Shown: in pieces, positions 61,478 through 64,000 of the stretch
Layout: each line of letters opens with the position of its first letter
Numbering within the stretch: position 1 is the stretch's first letter
Origin: a candidate division FCPU426 bacterium
GTDB lineage: Bacteria > Oederibacteriota > Muellerivitia > Muellerivitales > Muellerivitaceae
Length of the DNA stretch: 64,000 nucleotides
Direction of reading: 5' to 3'
NCBI GenBank assembly: GCA_963796105.1
Contig: CAWCKJ010000002.1
Coordinates: 192,001-256,000 of the forward strand
Program-made: the position numbers and the translations under genes
Notes under the pieces: model-generated
What the model was told of the DNA's origin: nothing
Databases searched by the model: none
Seen by the model: only the letters and a program-made list of their open reading frames with translations

Positions 61478-62797
61478 TTAATCCCCGGAAAAGGCCATCA
61501 GCCTTCCCATCCGCTGAAAATAGGTGGGGACCACGTCCACGCAGAGGATGTTGATATTCCCGAGCTTGTCGGTGAAAAGTGTGGAGATGGTCAGGCAAAA
61601 AAGCCCCGTGGCCGGGGAGATATAAGGGTCGGTGGTGAACGTTTTTCGGGTGAATCCTGGCTGGGTGAGGACGTAAAAATAATCCCTTGAGGAATGGTCC
61701 GTCCCCGGGGGGGGCAATTTGAAAAAACCCTTCCGGGCCTGGATATCCCTTTTGCAGGACATGTCCGTCAGCTGGATACCCGACTGGTCAAGGACGTAAA
61801 CGGCCTTCGTGACCGGGTTGCCCAGGATGGTTTGGCAGGCTTTCTCCTGCATTTCCGGCCTGTCCATCCGCGAAAAATCATCGACAAGGTATTGGATGAT
61901 TTGGCCGTAACGCTCGTGCTGGTGCTTCCGGATATTCAGCTTATCCAGCATGTACTTCTTGTAATGCCCCACCACCGAATCCATCTTTCCCGCCATCCCT
62001 TCCATGAAACCGGCGCGGGGCAGCTCGGGTTTGGAAAAATAATAACCCTGGAGGAGGTTGGCTCCCAGTTCCATGGAACACAAAACCTCATCCTCCGTTT
62101 CGACGCCCTCGGCCAGGGCGTAGGCCCCGATCTTGTGGGCCAACTGCACGAGGGCCTTGAAGATTTCCTGCCGGTAATAATCATCCTGGATGTTCGAGAC
62201 CAGGGACCGGTCAATCTTGATGATGTCGGGCTGGATGACCGGGATTCGGTCCAGGTTCGAGTGTCCCTTGCCCACGTCGTCCAGCGCCACCAGGAAGCCC
62301 AGCGCGTGGTGGGCGCGGATGAAGTTGTCCAAGGCCTGTACGTTCCGCACCTTGGATTCCAGTATCTCGATCACGATGTTCCCCGGGTTCAATCCCAAAC
62401 GCCTGCAAAGTTCCGCGAGGTGGGGTGTCCCATTTTCCTGGTCGAGGATGGAAGTCTCGAGGTTGAGGCAGAGGATCAGGTCATGGGGCTGGGGGAAAGC
62501 CCCGCGGAAGCTCTCAAGAATTTTTTTGCGGAAAAGGCGGTCCAGCTCCAGGGTCCGGTTGTTTTCCCTGGCGGTTTTGAGGAGGGCCATGGGAGGAATC
62601 AAGCCGTGTGTCACGGGATGAATTCCACGGGATAAGCCCTCGAACGCCACGATTTTCCTCTCGTGGATCGAGAAGATGGGCTGGAAATGGACTTGCACCA
62701 GTTCCTCATCGAGGATTTTCTGGAATTCGAGTTCTTTGCCGGTGGTTAAAAGCATGGGAAATCTCCTGGGAACGCTATTATCCAAGGAGGGGTCCAA
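61478..62797 (-). CDS. EAL phosphodiesterase with C-terminal Cache domain (YkuI-like)
   Basis: FQPI...EGL, EILE, ALDDVG, KID, AEGVE, QGYYF; C-terminal YVLD..GIQ...DHS.R.YF...PYIS. Confidence 0.88.
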   Translation of the reverse strand: MDPSLDNSVPRRFPMLLTTGKELEFQKILDEELVQVHFQPIFSIHERKIVAFEGLSRGIHPVTHGLIPPMALLKTARENNRTLELDRLFRKKILESFRGAFPQPHDLILCLNLETSILDQENGTPHLAELCRRLGLNPGNIVIEILESKVRNVQALDNFIRAHHALGFLVALDDVGKGHSNLDRIPVIQPDIIKIDRSLVSNIQDDYYRQEIFKALVQLAHKIGAYALAEGVETEDEVLCSMELGANLLQGYYFSKPELPRAGFMEGMAGKMDSVVGHYKKYMLDKLNIRKHQHERYGQIIQYLVDDFSRMDRPEMQEKACQTILGNPVTKAVYVLDQSGIQLTDMSCKRDIQARKGFFKLPPPGTDHSSRDYFYVLTQPGFTRKTFTTDPYISPATGLFCLTISTLFTDKLGNINILCVDVVPTYFQRMGRLMAFSGD

Positions 62798-62959
62798 TCC
62801 TGATGTTTTTTCTGTGTTAATTAGTAAGTTTTTTGTGATGGATCAGGACTTGTGCAAAATGGGAAGCGGCAGGGCCGTGAAAAACTTCCATTCCCCATCC
62901 GCTTGAAAGGATGGGATCGAATAACAGACCGAAAGGCCGCTTATTTCCGGCCGAAAGTA

Positions 62960-62987
62960 TAAACCTACTTTTTACCTTCCCTTAACA
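62960..62987 (+). promoter_or_regulatory. Pho-box-like triple direct repeat
   Basis: TAAACC-N5-TTTACC-N5-TTAACA, followed by TAGAAT at 63008, upstream of the sigma-factor gene. Confidence 0.55.
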
Positions 62988-63148
62988 TCCCCCCCGGTCC
63001 CGTGAAATAGAATCAACTCTCACACCACGCCCACGCCGGCAGAATCCTCCTTGTGAAAACGGAATGAACCAGACTGGTTGTTTCAAGCATGAGCGGGGCC
63101 GCGAACCGGATGAAAATACGGTTCGCCTTACCCGGAATCGGGGGAATC

Positions 63149-64000
63149 ATGGACTCGGAAACCTTCAAGGCTGAACGCGCCAGGAATATTCTCGCCTTCG
63201 CCAGGGAAAAAGGCTACATCACCTACAAGCAGGTGAACGACATCCTGCCGGAGGAGGCCGTCTCCGCCGAGGAGGTCGATGAAATCCTGTTCATGCTGGA
63301 TGAAAACGACGTCCAGGTCGTGGAGCACGTGAAGGATGTCGACGGCCTGGAGGAGGAAGGAAAGGAACCGTTCCCCGCTCCGGGGGCTTCCGCGGAGGAA
63401 GATGAGCCTGGGACACAGCCTGGACCGGAAAAGGACGGCGAGGCCGCCCGATCCAACGCCCCCATGTCCGACCTGGTCAAAATGTACATGAATGACATGG
63501 GCCGGATCCCGCTTTTGTCCCGCGATGAGGAAATCGCCATCGCCAAGCGCATCGAGGCAGGCGAGTTCAGGCGGGAAAAGATCGTGCTGGGATCGGCCCT
63601 GGGATTCGTGGAACTGGGCGGCCTCCTTGAGGACATCCTTCTAAAAAGGAAAAGCATCCAGGAAACCATCGACATGGAGCCCTACGAGGACCTGCCGGAG
63701 GGGCCGCCGGAAGGGAAAATACTCTTAAAACTCAGGAGGAGGCAAAACAGGCTGAAGGCCCTGGAGTCCCGGATCAAGTCCCTTCAGCGCCGGGTTGAAT
63801 CGCGGTCCCTGGGAATTGAAAAACGAAAGCTCCTGGCCAAACAGCTGGATGACCTGCTCGTTGACCTGGTCTGGCTGGTGAAGGACTGCCAATTCCAGGG
63901 AAAGGTCAAGGAACGCCTTCTGGGTTGTTTCCGTGAGACCGGAGAGGCCCTTGAGGAGCAGGAATATATCATGCGCCAGCAGGAGAAAAAGCTGAGGCTC
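63149..64000 (+). CDS. RpoD-like sigma-70 factor (partial, runs off right edge)
   Basis: Hand translation: region 1.1 KGYITYKQVNDILP; region 1.2 DLVKMYMNDMGRIPLLSRDEEIAIAKRIEAG. Absent from the ORF track. Confidence 0.88.
   Translation, partial: MDSETFKAERARNILAFAREKGYITYKQVNDILPEEAVSAEEVDEILFMLDENDVQVVEHVKDVDGLEEEGKEPFPAPGASAEEDEPGTQPGPEKDGEAARSNAPMSDLVKMYMNDMGRIPLLSRDEEIAIAKRIEAGEFRREKIVLGSALGFVELGGLLEDILLKRKSIQETIDMEPYEDLPEGPPEGKILLKLRRRQNRLKALESRIKSLQRRVESRSLGIEKRKLLAKQLDDLLVDLVWLVKDCQFQGKVKERLLGCFRETGEALEEQEYIMRQQEKKLRL

Overview
Bacterial window of moderate GC. A TonB-dependent receptor and a PorV-like barrel indicate a diderm cell, and an Ech hydrogenase suggests an anaerobe; the taxonomy cannot be fixed from the sequence alone. 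From left to right: a partial lipoprotein; a Pro/Thr-linker secreted protein coupled to a PorV-family gene; a TPR protein, an ExeA-type ATPase and pilD; an Ech [NiFe]-hydrogenase operon with fused echA-echB plus hypAB; a phosphate cluster (DUF47-PiT, GT4 glycosyltransferase, beta-propeller phosphoesterase, PPK2); an orphan RND pump; and an ars operon. Then come a ~1950-aa surface protein with a ~1160-residue Pro/Thr stalk, a diguanylate cyclase, and an AcpA-type phosphoesterase separated by an intact IS1380 from tonB-exbD-exbB-TBDR. That operon is divergent from a CusRS-like two-component system followed by YncE/COG4705/outer-membrane-barrel genes. The window ends with a lipoprotein bracketed by two MITE-like modular repeats, a c-di-GMP gene pair and a partial RpoD-like sigma factor. 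The best novelty candidates are (1) the TBDR-phosphoesterase / CusRS-like / YncE-COG4705 module with visible operator arrays, (2) a nested, modular REP/MITE repeat family, and (3) T9SS-like cargo-PorV pairing with Gln-starting mature proteins. Family calls come from motif recognition by eye, not database searches. No rRNA, tRNA or CRISPR array was seen.
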